Below, piece after piece: positions 18,213 through 26,787 of a DNA stretch of 32,000 bases. The position numbers and the translations under genes are program-made. The DNA is from Methanococcus maripaludis (GTDB taxonomy: Archaea; AGJL01; Methanococci; Methanococcales; Methanococcaceae), in the NCBI RefSeq assembly GCF_002945325.1, contig NZ_CP026606.1, forward strand, positions 180,001 to 212,000, read 5' to 3'. Within the stretch, counting starts at the first letter, position 1, and each line of letters begins with the position of its first letter. Under the pieces are notes generated by a model, which did not search any database, was not told the origin of the DNA, and was given only the letters and a program-made list of their open reading frames with translations.

Positions 18213-19330
18213 TGTTCACCCCGAATTGGTATAATGTAATTAAGTTGTAAGTATAGTCAAAAAGTTATATTGCGCAGGGTATATATTTTTATCGGGGGCT
18301 AGATTACAAATAAACTCAGATTAAAGATATATCTTCAAAAAAGTCAGATTTAAACCAGCGTATCTCGTATTAAAATCTTAAAAAAAGACTGACTAAAAAA
18401 TAGACTATTCATTAACTACAAAAACAGAACAATTATAATATTTTTTTAATGTCTTTTAACATCTTATTTTTTAAGATAGTTTAACGGATTTCCAAACATT
18501 TTAAAGGTTTATTTAGTCTTAATTTTTAATAATTTTAAATATTATTAAGTTATGGTGTTATTCAGGGTAAATTCGGATCATAATTGTACAAACTTATCGA
18601 TTTTGAATTTTTACCTTCTGATCCCAATTATTATTTTTTCAAGCGTTCAAATCAGCCATTATGTAAATTTTGAAAGTTTTTGTTCGTTTTTTGACTGCAT
18701 TCATGTAGATTTTTCTTTTGATTTTCAAAAAATCAAAGCGTTTTAATACATTTAAATTGTATTTTTCATCGTTTAATAGTTCTGTAACATTATTTAATCA
18801 GTTTTTACCGTTTTTTACACAGTATATTTTATAAACGCTGTATTTTTGAATAATATAGTGAAATTTTATCATATTTACCAGATCACATTTATACACTTTT
18901 TGTCGAATATACTGCTTTAAATCCTATGCAGTCCAATTTAGTACATGGATAAAATCCTGAATAAGGGCGGAGTAATGAAAAGCTGGCACGGTTTTTTCAT
19001 TCCTTTAAAACCCTCGAATTTTCATTTGCTAATAAAATCACCTGAATTTGTGTTTTACTTTTTTTAAATTTCAATTTAAATAAAAAAATATAAGTTTTCT
19101 CAAATTTTACCTTTTAAACCATCCTCTGCTTTTTTTAACAAATCTTTCAACTGATAAAACTGCTTTTTTTAAAATTGTAGCTTTTGTCAGGTTCTTTACA
19201 ATCCCCGTCATTGTAAATATCCTTAAAAGCTGATTAAAATATTAATTTTTGTTTAAAGTTAAAACAATTAAAAATTTCAAAAAAAATGAACGAATTTAAA
19301 TTTTTAAAAGTAATTTTTTAAATTTTTAAT

Positions 19331-20107
19331 TTATTCTTCAATTGGAATATCCAAAGACATTAAAAATCCAATAATATCTTTATTATTAAAGCTTGATACG
19401 ACCCCGTAAAGGCTTGGAATCATTATCGGTAGAGGGTTGCCATTATTATCTTTAATATGCTGCTGTGGAACAACCAAAGGCTGGAATCTGGAACATATTG
19501 CATGGGCATGACCAGTTTCTGTTGCAATAATTGGCCCACCACTATTTCCATAATTTAGTGCTTTATCAAGTACATAATTTTTCGGCCCTGCTGCACCCAT
19601 ATTTGTATCAAAATTCGATGAAATTATTGCAGATGTAACCCGCGGACTCAATTTTGTATATCCAATCTCACCAGATTTTATTATTCCATAGCTTGACAGA
19701 GGATATCCAAAAGAATACACCTCATCACCCATTTCAAGACGTCCTGTTGAAACTTTTATAAATGGAAATTCAGTTTTTTTGTCAAGCCATTCTTTATCAG
19801 AATTTTTTTCAAAATCTACTTTTAATAAAGCAATATCCAATCCTGGAAAAATGGGCCCAGGGGATACATACTGACAGATTTTTTTAGGATCCTTTGCATT
19901 TTGTTCTTTTATCAAAAATGCTCTATCCAAATCTTTTCTTAAATATCCCTTTTTATCCATAACCACGTGTGCGGCAGTTACAAACCAGCCCTCTGGAGAT
20001 ATAAAAAAGCCAGTTCCTGCAGGAGTGGGCATCCCCCCTGCTTTTCCATTAGGCAATTCAATACAAAAAGTAGCAGCCATGACGTTTGAAAGTGTATTTT
20101 TTATCAC
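19331..20107 (-). CDS. trypsin-like (S1, Trypsin_2/DegP-core-like) serine protease, no signal peptide, no PDZ
   Basis: Catalytic triad in context: TAAHVV (His), DIALLKV (Asp), GNSGGPI (Ser). GTG start with a GGGGGAG RBS. N-terminus is not hydrophobic. Confidence 0.8.
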   Translation of the reverse strand: MIKNTLSNVMAATFCIELPNGKAGGMPTPAGTGFFISPEGWFVTAAHVVMDKKGYLRKDLDRAFLIKEQNAKDPKKICQYVSPGPIFPGLDIALLKVDFEKNSDKEWLDKKTEFPFIKVSTGRLEMGDEVYSFGYPLSSYGIIKSGEIGYTKLSPRVTSAIISSNFDTNMGAAGPKNYVLDKALNYGNSGGPIIATETGHAHAICSRFQPLVVPQQHIKDNNGNPLPIMIPSLYGVVSSFNNKDIIGFLMSLDIPIEE

Positions 20108-20210
20108 AATTACTCCCCCGATTATTCATAATATTAATTATTTCAATAGAAATTTAAAAACCTTTTTTAATTATGGATATAGGCAAAATTAAAATTTCAA
20201 AAAACGTAAT

Positions 20211-20569
20211 TTAAATCTTAAATAATATTTCTTCCTCAAAATTCTGAGATATGTAACAAAAAGACTGCGGAGCCCTAAAATCAGGATTTATATCTTTAGG
20301 ATTAACCGGATTTTCAAATTCATTTAATTTGTTTATTTGAATTGCGTATCCCTTATCTTTTTCTTTGAAATATTTGAAAAATTCTGATTCTTTTATCCCT
20401 GAAACATTTTTAAATTCGTTCCAGAGGATTTTTGGGCAGTTTTCAATTATATCTCCAACAATGAATGTTCCAACAATTCGTTTTTATCATAGTTTTTAAA
20501 GATTGATTTTTTAGAGCCTTTTAATATTTCTTTAACATATTTTGGCTTAATGGATAGTAAGATTGTCAT
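20211..20569 (-). pseudogene. small ASCH-domain protein (COG4933-like), frame broken at an A5 run; overlaps the end of the upstream gene by 23 nt
   Basis: ATG 20569 gives MTILLSIKPKYVKEILKGSKKSIFKNYDKNE.., with a stop at 20447. The next frame (20483-20211) gives ..IVGTFIVGDIIENCPKILWNEFKNVSGIKESEFFKYFKEKDKGYAIQINKLNEFENPVNPKD..FRAPQSFCYIS... Together these form a typical ASCH protein. One extra A in GATAAAAAC restores the frame. Confidence 0.6.
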
Positions 20570-22064
20570 TAATTCCGCCCAAGTCCCTTATTTTTTCGTA
20601 AGCGCCATGCGTTATTTCTGTAATTGTTTGAGGCGGTCCTTTTAATATATTGTTCTCTTTTAAAACATTTAATGATATCGGAGACTTTAAGTGCAGGTGC
20701 ATAGTAAATATCATAACGTTTGCAGGTTTTTTGACCATTTCTTCAATTTCCCTTGAAGAATAAACTGTTCTCTTACCTACCAGGTTCATAATCTCTTCAG
20801 GGCTTGTTAAATTTGTTTTAAATTCTTCCAATACTCCCAACGAAGTAATTTCCTTATGGTCTTCTGATCTATAAAATAATAAAATATCCCCCTTTTTTAG
20901 ATTTTTTATCGGGCTGTGCGAGATATATGCTTTTTTTATAGTATTTCCTTCAATTATAAAATCCCCAAAATACTCGTTTAATGATATAGAAGTTCTTTTT
21001 ACATAATCAGTAAACAGTTTTTCGTGGTATTGGGGCCTTATTGGAACAACAAGCTTTTTGACTCGATTTCCATCGTAAAAAAGAGGATAGTATTTTTTGA
21101 AAATGTCTTTGTAATCGCAAAACATTAATTGATTGGGTGTCGGATTAAGATCCTTAAAAAATACATTTTCACCATTTTCATTGGTTCCTATGTCAATAAA
21201 CCCATATTCAGTTATTAAATTAACAATATAATCAAACTCTGATTTCGCAAAATGCGTTAAATACGTTTCAGTCATGGAATTATCAATGCAGTAATCAAAA
21301 GCTTTTTTAAGTAACAATTCTCCCAGTTTATATCCAACTTGATCAACTTTGAAGGTACATATCTTAAAACGCCTTTTTTCAGGTAAAATGGGGTCTTTTT
21401 TAATAACGTTAAAATCTTCACCATTAAATATCAGAACAGCTCCAAGTTTGCCAGATTCTTTGAAGTAGCACCAGCATTCCCTACCAAGACGTGCTTTTTC
21501 ATTGTACCAGTCGTTAAATTCAGGATATTCTTCACGCAATGAATCAAATATCGGGTCATCTACATTTACCTTGATTATAGGGCGCTGTTTAATTTGTGGC
21601 AAGATCTGCCTTTTTTGAATAGAATAAAACTCTTTAAAAAAATCTAAAGCTTCATTTAAATATAAAATACGGTCTTTTAATCCGAGTTTTGTTGATTTCT
21701 GGTGTATCATCCTGTTTTCAGTTATGAGGTATGTTACGTAATTCGTATAAACTGCATACAGGAGGTGGTTTTCAAGGTCGTTATTCGTTCCTTTAAGGTA
21801 TCCAACATTAGTATTAAATTCTAAATCATTCATTGGTAATGGATAATCATTTAAAAGAGCGCAAAAAGCCAGTTTTGAGAGTAAAATCCGTTTGGTATCT
21901 TCGTCTAACGTGTTTAAGTATTCGATAGATTTAGGATGTTTCAAAAGAATCGATTTTGGATTAAGTCTTCGCGATAATTCATTTAATTTTCTGGAAATAT
22001 CCGAATAATCTTCAAAACTGGAAAAAATGTTTGTATCTAACAGCACTCTCAAATTATCCCCCAT
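20547..22064 (-). CDS. 505-aa multidomain protein: N-terminal PIN-like nuclease domain, central GNAT-like acetyltransferase domain, C-terminal ASCH/PUA-like domain
   Basis: aa ~5-150: VLLDTNIF ... YLITENR (PIN-type acidic residues). aa ~165-300: ..GAVLIF..FKICTFKVDQVGYKLGELLLKKAFDYC.. (GNAT motif A-like Q-x-G-x-x-x-G). aa ~330-490: VVPIRPQYHEKLF..KKGDILLFYRS..ITSLGV..GPPQTITEI (ASCH-like, parallels the SIKP.Y..I and PPQSF motifs of the neighbouring ASCH gene). Confidence 0.6.
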   Translation of the reverse strand: MGDNLRVLLDTNIFSSFEDYSDISRKLNELSRRLNPKSILLKHPKSIEYLNTLDEDTKRILLSKLAFCALLNDYPLPMNDLEFNTNVGYLKGTNNDLENHLLYAVYTNYVTYLITENRMIHQKSTKLGLKDRILYLNEALDFFKEFYSIQKRQILPQIKQRPIIKVNVDDPIFDSLREEYPEFNDWYNEKARLGRECWCYFKESGKLGAVLIFNGEDFNVIKKDPILPEKRRFKICTFKVDQVGYKLGELLLKKAFDYCIDNSMTETYLTHFAKSEFDYIVNLITEYGFIDIGTNENGENVFFKDLNPTPNQLMFCDYKDIFKKYYPLFYDGNRVKKLVVPIRPQYHEKLFTDYVKRTSISLNEYFGDFIIEGNTIKKAYISHSPIKNLKKGDILLFYRSEDHKEITSLGVLEEFKTNLTSPEEIMNLVGKRTVYSSREIEEMVKKPANVMIFTMHLHLKSPISLNVLKENNILKGPPQTITEITHGAYEKIRDLGGINDNLTIH

Positions 22065-22135
22065 ATAATAAGATTATAGTATATTATGTTCCCAAAATAT
22101 TAATTTTTTTCGATAAGGGATAAGGGTTAATTGAA

Positions 22136-22227
22136 GTTAAATTTCAAGTCCAATGGCTTAAAATTGAGCTACGCGAAAAAGAGGTATATTTTACCATTTG
22201 GTCTTTTTGAGGTATGCTTTAAAATCG
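22136..22227. repeat. ~92-bp imperfect direct repeat, copy 1 (partner at 30465-30556)
   Basis: By-eye alignment shows ~8 substitutions and 2 single-nt indels over 92 nt. The identical left end is GTTAAATTTCAAGTCCAAT and the identical right end is ATGCTTTAAAATCG. Confidence 0.85.
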
Positions 22228-22494
22228 GCAATAAAATGTAAAAAAACAGTTACTTTTAAGTACGAGGGTCTGCCAAGAGTAGTTGAACCGCATATGATTG
22301 CAATAACCGATACTGGAAAATGGATTTTAAAAGCATTTCAAACATGGACCTTTGATTCAAGAAATCGGCCTGATTGGAAGTTTTTTTCAATTCCAAATAT
22401 CAAAGATATAATTGTGATGAACAAATCTTTTGAATCTAAAAGAGATTTTGAAAAAAACCAGTTTTACATTGATAAAATAATAATGCAAGTTTAA
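22198..22494 (+). CDS. small stand-alone WYL-like domain protein (no HTH)
   Basis: TVTFKYEGLPRVVEPHMIAITDTGKWILKAFQ....PDWKFFSIPNIKDIIVMNKSF follows the WYL pattern (Y.g..R.v.P..l....g.W.l.a......W+.F.+..I). The only available start is TTG (22198 or 22207), inside repeat copy 1. Confidence 0.45.
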   Translation: MVFLRYALKSAIKCKKTVTFKYEGLPRVVEPHMIAITDTGKWILKAFQTWTFDSRNRPDWKFFSIPNIKDIIVMNKSFESKRDFEKNQFYIDKIIMQV

Positions 22495-22789
22495 AATGCA
22501 TTATTTCTTTTTTTCCAATTTAACCCAATATATTGGTTTTGATTACCCTAAACGTTTAAGTAATCCCGATTTCAAAAAGTATATTTGCCCAAGGTGGGAA
22601 AGATCTTGGGAAATGGGATGTATATTGCATCTGTTGATAAAATCGTTCCATACACCATTAAAGCAGTTCAATATTGGGGAGTTTTGAACTGTTCCGATCT
22701 TTTTTTAAATTTTTTCAAAAAATTTTTCAAAAACTACATTTTTGGACTATTTAAATTTTAAAATGTAAATGCAATATCTTCCATTTTCG

Positions 22790-23695
22790 TTATTTTGTTA
22801 ATACGTCGTTTCGACCTGTTGAAATATTGTAATATATCCCAATACCTCTTGAAAGCCATAAAAAAATTGTAAAACATACAAACGAATTTACGTAAAGCGC
22901 AGGAATCCAAAATATCTGCCAACTCAAAAAATTCGGGTCAGTTATTAAATTTGGGTTTGCTACAACTTTATCAATAACTAATTCGATGAGATAACCTATC
23001 AATAATTCAAATATACTGTATATACATATTAAAAGAAATGATGCAGCTAAATAATTGATATATTCTTTAGAATAGAGTTTAAAAGACTTTTTAACGTTAA
23101 AAAGCGCTAAAAATTTATTTTTTTCAATGTAATTCAATGTCCCAAGGGGTATATACATCCACGAGAGAAACGAGCAAATATATGGTAAATTCGAAAGAAT
23201 GCCCAAATCAGGTAAATTTAGAACGATTTGCGCAAGTAATATCATGTAAAAAGGACTTTGAAAAATTATTCCAATTATAAACAGTCCAATCGTGTAAATA
23301 ACGCCGTATTTTAGTAACTCTAAAACACCCGTCCAGTCAGGTATATTTTGACTATTTATCGTATATTTTATGGTTTTAAGCCAGTAGCCGTTAATCAAAA
23401 ATGTCAATAAAATGCTAAAAATAAAGAAAAATCCAAAAACTGCCCCAGATATAATTAAAAGTACATCAGTTGTTATATTTAAGTTATTTTTAAAAATATC
23501 AATTAAAAAGTTTGATTCAGAGGTTATTGTGCTTCCGAGGATAACAAAAAACACAAACAAACTAAGAAAGCTGAATAATATAAAAATAGAACTTAAAAAA
23601 TGCACCGTACTTCCAAAAATCAAATTTTTTGGATTTGAAAAAACATCCAAGGCTGGGCCTTTTATATAGTTTGTATAAATTTCGTTTACGCTCAT
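22790..23695 (-). CDS. polytopic membrane protein, DUF4013-like
   Basis: 301 aa, at least 6 TM helices. The loop GYWLKTIKYTINSQNIPDW resembles the DUF4013 signature. Confidence 0.5.
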   Translation of the reverse strand: MSVNEIYTNYIKGPALDVFSNPKNLIFGSTVHFLSSIFILFSFLSLFVFFVILGSTITSESNFLIDIFKNNLNITTDVLLIISGAVFGFFFIFSILLTFLINGYWLKTIKYTINSQNIPDWTGVLELLKYGVIYTIGLFIIGIIFQSPFYMILLAQIVLNLPDLGILSNLPYICSFLSWMYIPLGTLNYIEKNKFLALFNVKKSFKLYSKEYINYLAASFLLICIYSIFELLIGYLIELVIDKVVANPNLITDPNFLSWQIFWIPALYVNSFVCFTIFLWLSRGIGIYYNISTGRNDVLTK

Positions 23696-23791
23696 TTTAA
23701 AACCAAAAAACGGAAATGAAAGGATTTTAAATATTTTAACGGTACTTTCATCTTTTTGCTTAATTACTTTTTCATGATTTATTATTAATAT

Positions 23792-25015
23792 TTATTCACT
23801 TCTAAGCGCATCAACAGGTTTTAATTTTGACGCGTTGTATGCAGGAACTGCACCTGCTAAAATGCCCGCACCTATTGAAACGACCAATGCAACGACAACT
23901 GATTTTATGCTCACATAAAATTCAAAAGGTGTTCCAAACTTCAATGCTATTACATAGGTAATAACCTGTGTAATTAAAACCCCTATTAAAAGGCCTAAAA
24001 ATCCTCCTGCAAGGCCAATAAGACCAGAATTAAACAGGAACAGTAATAATATATCCTCGTTTTTTGCCCCGATTGCTTTCATGATGCCTATTTCTTTTGT
24101 TTTTTCTAAAACTGCTGTGAACATGGTATTTGAAATTCCAAATGCCCCAACTATCAGGGATATTCCAGCAATAAAGGATAGGAACAGGGTTATTCCACCA
24201 ATAATAGATTGGGAACTTTCAATAAATGATTTTGCAGAAGATATGTAGAAATCTTGATTTTTTTCAGTAACGTGTCTTGAAGTTCTCAGTTTCTGTTCAA
24301 TGTCCTGAACTGCTGCATCGGTATCTACATTTTCTTTTAATTTAATTTCCAAGCTGTCATACGTCCCACGTTCTTTAGGCACGCTGTAGTCTGAATCCTG
24401 CTCAATGTCGTAGACAGAGTCTAACGGGGCGTAAATTCCTCCCGAAAATAAACTCGCAAGTCCACTTGAATCATTATCAAGTATTCCAATAACCCTGAAT
24501 GATTTATTTCCAATTTTTATAATCTGGTTAATATTTATTTTACGGTTAAATTCTTCATTTGCAAGGTAATTATTGATTACAACAACGTTTTTATCGCCAG
24601 GCTGGAGCATTCTTCCAGTTTCAACCTTTTCTTGTGTTATTTTTGGCCAGACTGCTGGATCAACTCCTGTTATCTGCGAATACAATTCTTTATCTCCATA
24701 AGAAATCTTTGAATAAGAAGTTACTCGTTTGTCAACGTATTTAACCGAAGGTATCCCTTTGATTACAAGTACATCCGTTTTTGTTAGTTCCGGTGTTTTG
24801 CTGCTTGTTTCAGTCGTTATCGCATATACAGAAATTACATCTCCACCAAGTTTTTCAAGTTCATGTGTCACTTGCTTTTCCATTAATTCTCCTGCTGAGA
24901 TTATTGTAATTACCGATGCAACCGCAACCACTACGCCAATAATAGTAATCCAGCTCCTTAATTTACTCCCCTTTACCATATTAAAGGCAAGTTTAAAAAT
25001 TTTTGAGGGTTTCAT
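23792..25015 (-). CDS. ABC transporter permease, MacB/FtsX type (N-terminal TM, large extracytoplasmic domain, C-terminal FtsX 3-TM bundle)
   Basis: SWITIIGVVVAVASVI.., ..EKTKEIGIMKAIGAKNEDILLLFL.., ..AYNASKLKPVDALRSE. AGGGGGA RBS. Confidence 0.85.
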   Translation of the reverse strand: MKPSKIFKLAFNMVKGSKLRSWITIIGVVVAVASVITIISAGELMEKQVTHELEKLGGDVISVYAITTETSSKTPELTKTDVLVIKGIPSVKYVDKRVTSYSKISYGDKELYSQITGVDPAVWPKITQEKVETGRMLQPGDKNVVVINNYLANEEFNRKININQIIKIGNKSFRVIGILDNDSSGLASLFSGGIYAPLDSVYDIEQDSDYSVPKERGTYDSLEIKLKENVDTDAAVQDIEQKLRTSRHVTEKNQDFYISSAKSFIESSQSIIGGITLFLSFIAGISLIVGAFGISNTMFTAVLEKTKEIGIMKAIGAKNEDILLLFLFNSGLIGLAGGFLGLLIGVLITQVITYVIALKFGTPFEFYVSIKSVVVALVVSIGAGILAGAVPAYNASKLKPVDALRSE

Positions 25016-25027
25016 AACTCAGTCCCC

Positions 25028-26287
25028 CTATTCTTTTTTAGCAGATTTGATTTTTTTGAGAATTTTACGGATTATGAAGATGCCCAAAATTAATATTGCA
25101 ATTATAACGATTCCTGCCATTATTAAATATCCTGTAAATCCGCCTTTTCCCGAATCAGCTTGATTAATGTATGTAAGTGCTGCATTTGAGTTTGAAACAA
25201 GGATTTCTTTTTCTACTACTTTTCTATTTCCTTCGTTTGACGTGTAGTATGCTTCAACTTTAATTGGGATTTCGGACTGGTTTGAACTGTCAGCCAAGAG
25301 GTTAAAACTTGCATAAGTATAATCTCCCGCATCCAAATTCCCAATTATTGCATTATTTGACCCAATTATGGTCCAGCCGTCCTGTTTTGGAATATACATC
25401 GATACAGATTTTGTATCACTGTTTCCAACGTTCATTATTGAAAACGTATATGAATCGTCTAAATTTTCTGAAAATGCTATTTCAAAATCAGCCTTTTCTA
25501 AAATGTGAATACCTGCATCCTGAATAATATTTTTTTCAGAGCTGTTGATTGTATCTTCGTAGTTTAAGTACATATTTATCTTGTATAATCCAGGTTCTAT
25601 GTCAGAACCTGCCATAACATCGTAATCTAAATTTACGGCCTGATTTACACCAATATATTTTACAAATCTTGTATTTCCAGAACCAAGTGGCAGTATTTTA
25701 TTTTCTGGCGTATCCCATGAAAATGTTAAATCTTTTAATGGCGCAGAACCTGCATTTTTTATGGTAAATGTGAGTTTGGAGTTTTCTCCAGGGTTTAATT
25801 CTGAGGTGCTGAGCATAACTTCTGCATTTTCTTTATTTCCAACATCTACAGTTAATTCGGTTTTATAACCCGTTTTAGTTAAATCTCCTTTTTTATAAAG
25901 TAATACTTTTAAAGGATAGTTTCCAGAGGTTACTTCTTCATTTACACGTAATTTAAATGCTGTAATAATTATTTCTTTGTCATCGTCTTGGTATTTATCT
26001 AAAAAGCCAATTTCTTTGGATAATTCCTCACCCGCGACTTTTTGGAATGGGTATGAAGGATCAAGTTCTAATATGTAGTCTCCAGCAGATTTTCCGCCTT
26101 CATTTTTAACGCCGATTCTAACTTCAAAAATGTCTCCACCAACTGCAGGAGTCGGGTCCTGATTTACAAGATTAATAGAAACTAACGAAATGTCTGAAAT
26201 TGATGTTTCTGCGTAAACCGGTGCCATTGCTACTGAAAGCAACATTAAAAGTGTTATAGAGGATATTATTATTTTTTTAAAGCTCAT
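25028..26287 (-). CDS. COG1361/CARDB-like surface protein with signal peptide and C-terminal TM anchor
   Basis: Signal ITLLMLLSVAMAPVYA. Repeated Ig-like segments (..VKNEGGKSAGDYILEL.., ..IKNAGSAPLKDLTFSW.., ..MNVGNSDTKSVSMYI..). C-terminal helix GYLIMAGIVIIAILILGIFII followed by a basic tail. Confidence 0.6.
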   Translation of the reverse strand: MSFKKIIISSITLLMLLSVAMAPVYAETSISDISLVSINLVNQDPTPAVGGDIFEVRIGVKNEGGKSAGDYILELDPSYPFQKVAGEELSKEIGFLDKYQDDDKEIIITAFKLRVNEEVTSGNYPLKVLLYKKGDLTKTGYKTELTVDVGNKENAEVMLSTSELNPGENSKLTFTIKNAGSAPLKDLTFSWDTPENKILPLGSGNTRFVKYIGVNQAVNLDYDVMAGSDIEPGLYKINMYLNYEDTINSSEKNIIQDAGIHILEKADFEIAFSENLDDSYTFSIMNVGNSDTKSVSMYIPKQDGWTIIGSNNAIIGNLDAGDYTYASFNLLADSSNQSEIPIKVEAYYTSNEGNRKVVEKEILVSNSNAALTYINQADSGKGGFTGYLIMAGIVIIAILILGIFIIRKILKKIKSAKKE

Positions 26288-26297
26288 TTACTCACCA

Positions 26298-26780
26298 TTA
26301 GAATTTAAACAGTTTTTTATTTTTTTCAAAGTAGAATATTACGCAAATATTAAAAATCAGGAGAAATACGTATTTTAAAAAGGTTATTGCATAAAGTAAT
26401 TCTGCAGAGCTGTTTAAGCCATACAATATGTGATAATTCTCAATTAAACTGTGAATTACTTCATTTAACGGGTATTTCATTTCATAAACCATCTGAATAA
26501 TTATCGAAAAGTTCAGTAACCCCTGAAAAAACATCCAACTTACAACCAATTCGAGTGCGTACAACTTTCTGTCACTAATTCCAAGTAAAATTACTGCCCA
26601 AAGAATACATAACAATCCTCCAACAATTTTTGAAAAGATTCCCTGGAGTATCAATGTTCCAAACAGTAATTTACCATCAAAAATCGAATAAACTGCTAGC
26701 AAAAGGTTGATGATAAATATTATGTAGATAAATCTCATCAAATAGGGTAGTTTGGTTCGATCAATGATTTTAATATGCAT
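26298..26780 (-). CDS. hypothetical 4-5 TM membrane protein
   Basis: 160 aa and hydrophobic. AGGGGA RBS. Tightly packed between the ATPase and the COG1361 gene (gaps of 7 and 10 nt). Confidence 0.5.
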   Translation of the reverse strand: MHIKIIDRTKLPYLMRFIYIIFIINLLLAVYSIFDGKLLFGTLILQGIFSKIVGGLLCILWAVILLGISDRKLYALELVVSWMFFQGLLNFSIIIQMVYEMKYPLNEVIHSLIENYHILYGLNSSAELLYAITFLKYVFLLIFNICVIFYFEKNKKLFKF

Positions 26781-26787
26781 AATTCCC

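Noticed and set aside
18715-18738. 9-bp AT-only hairpin TTTGATTTT-CAA-AAAATCAAA
   Set aside because: Such AT palindromes are expected by chance at this base composition, and the site has no functional context.
18552-18746. 64-aa ORF in the 1.1-kb gap
   Set aside because: No RBS, and the composition is Phe/Ile/Ser-rich as is typical of random AT-rich DNA. Nothing recognisable.
22496-22687. 63-aa plus-strand ORF after the WYL-like gene
   Set aside because: No RBS and no recognisable motifs. The opposite strand has an equally long start-less open stretch, so neither is convincing.
24729-25163. 144-aa plus-strand ORF spanning the FtsX / COG1361 junction
   Set aside because: It is antisense to two well-supported genes. 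The same reasoning applies to the other antisense track ORFs: 719-919, 1888-2109, 3050-3295, 4322-4519, 5117-5311, 6594-6806, 7111-7323, 8689-9129, 10894-11193, 13294-13563, 23412-23669, 25309-25527, 26884-27066, 27248-27430 and 27891-28148.
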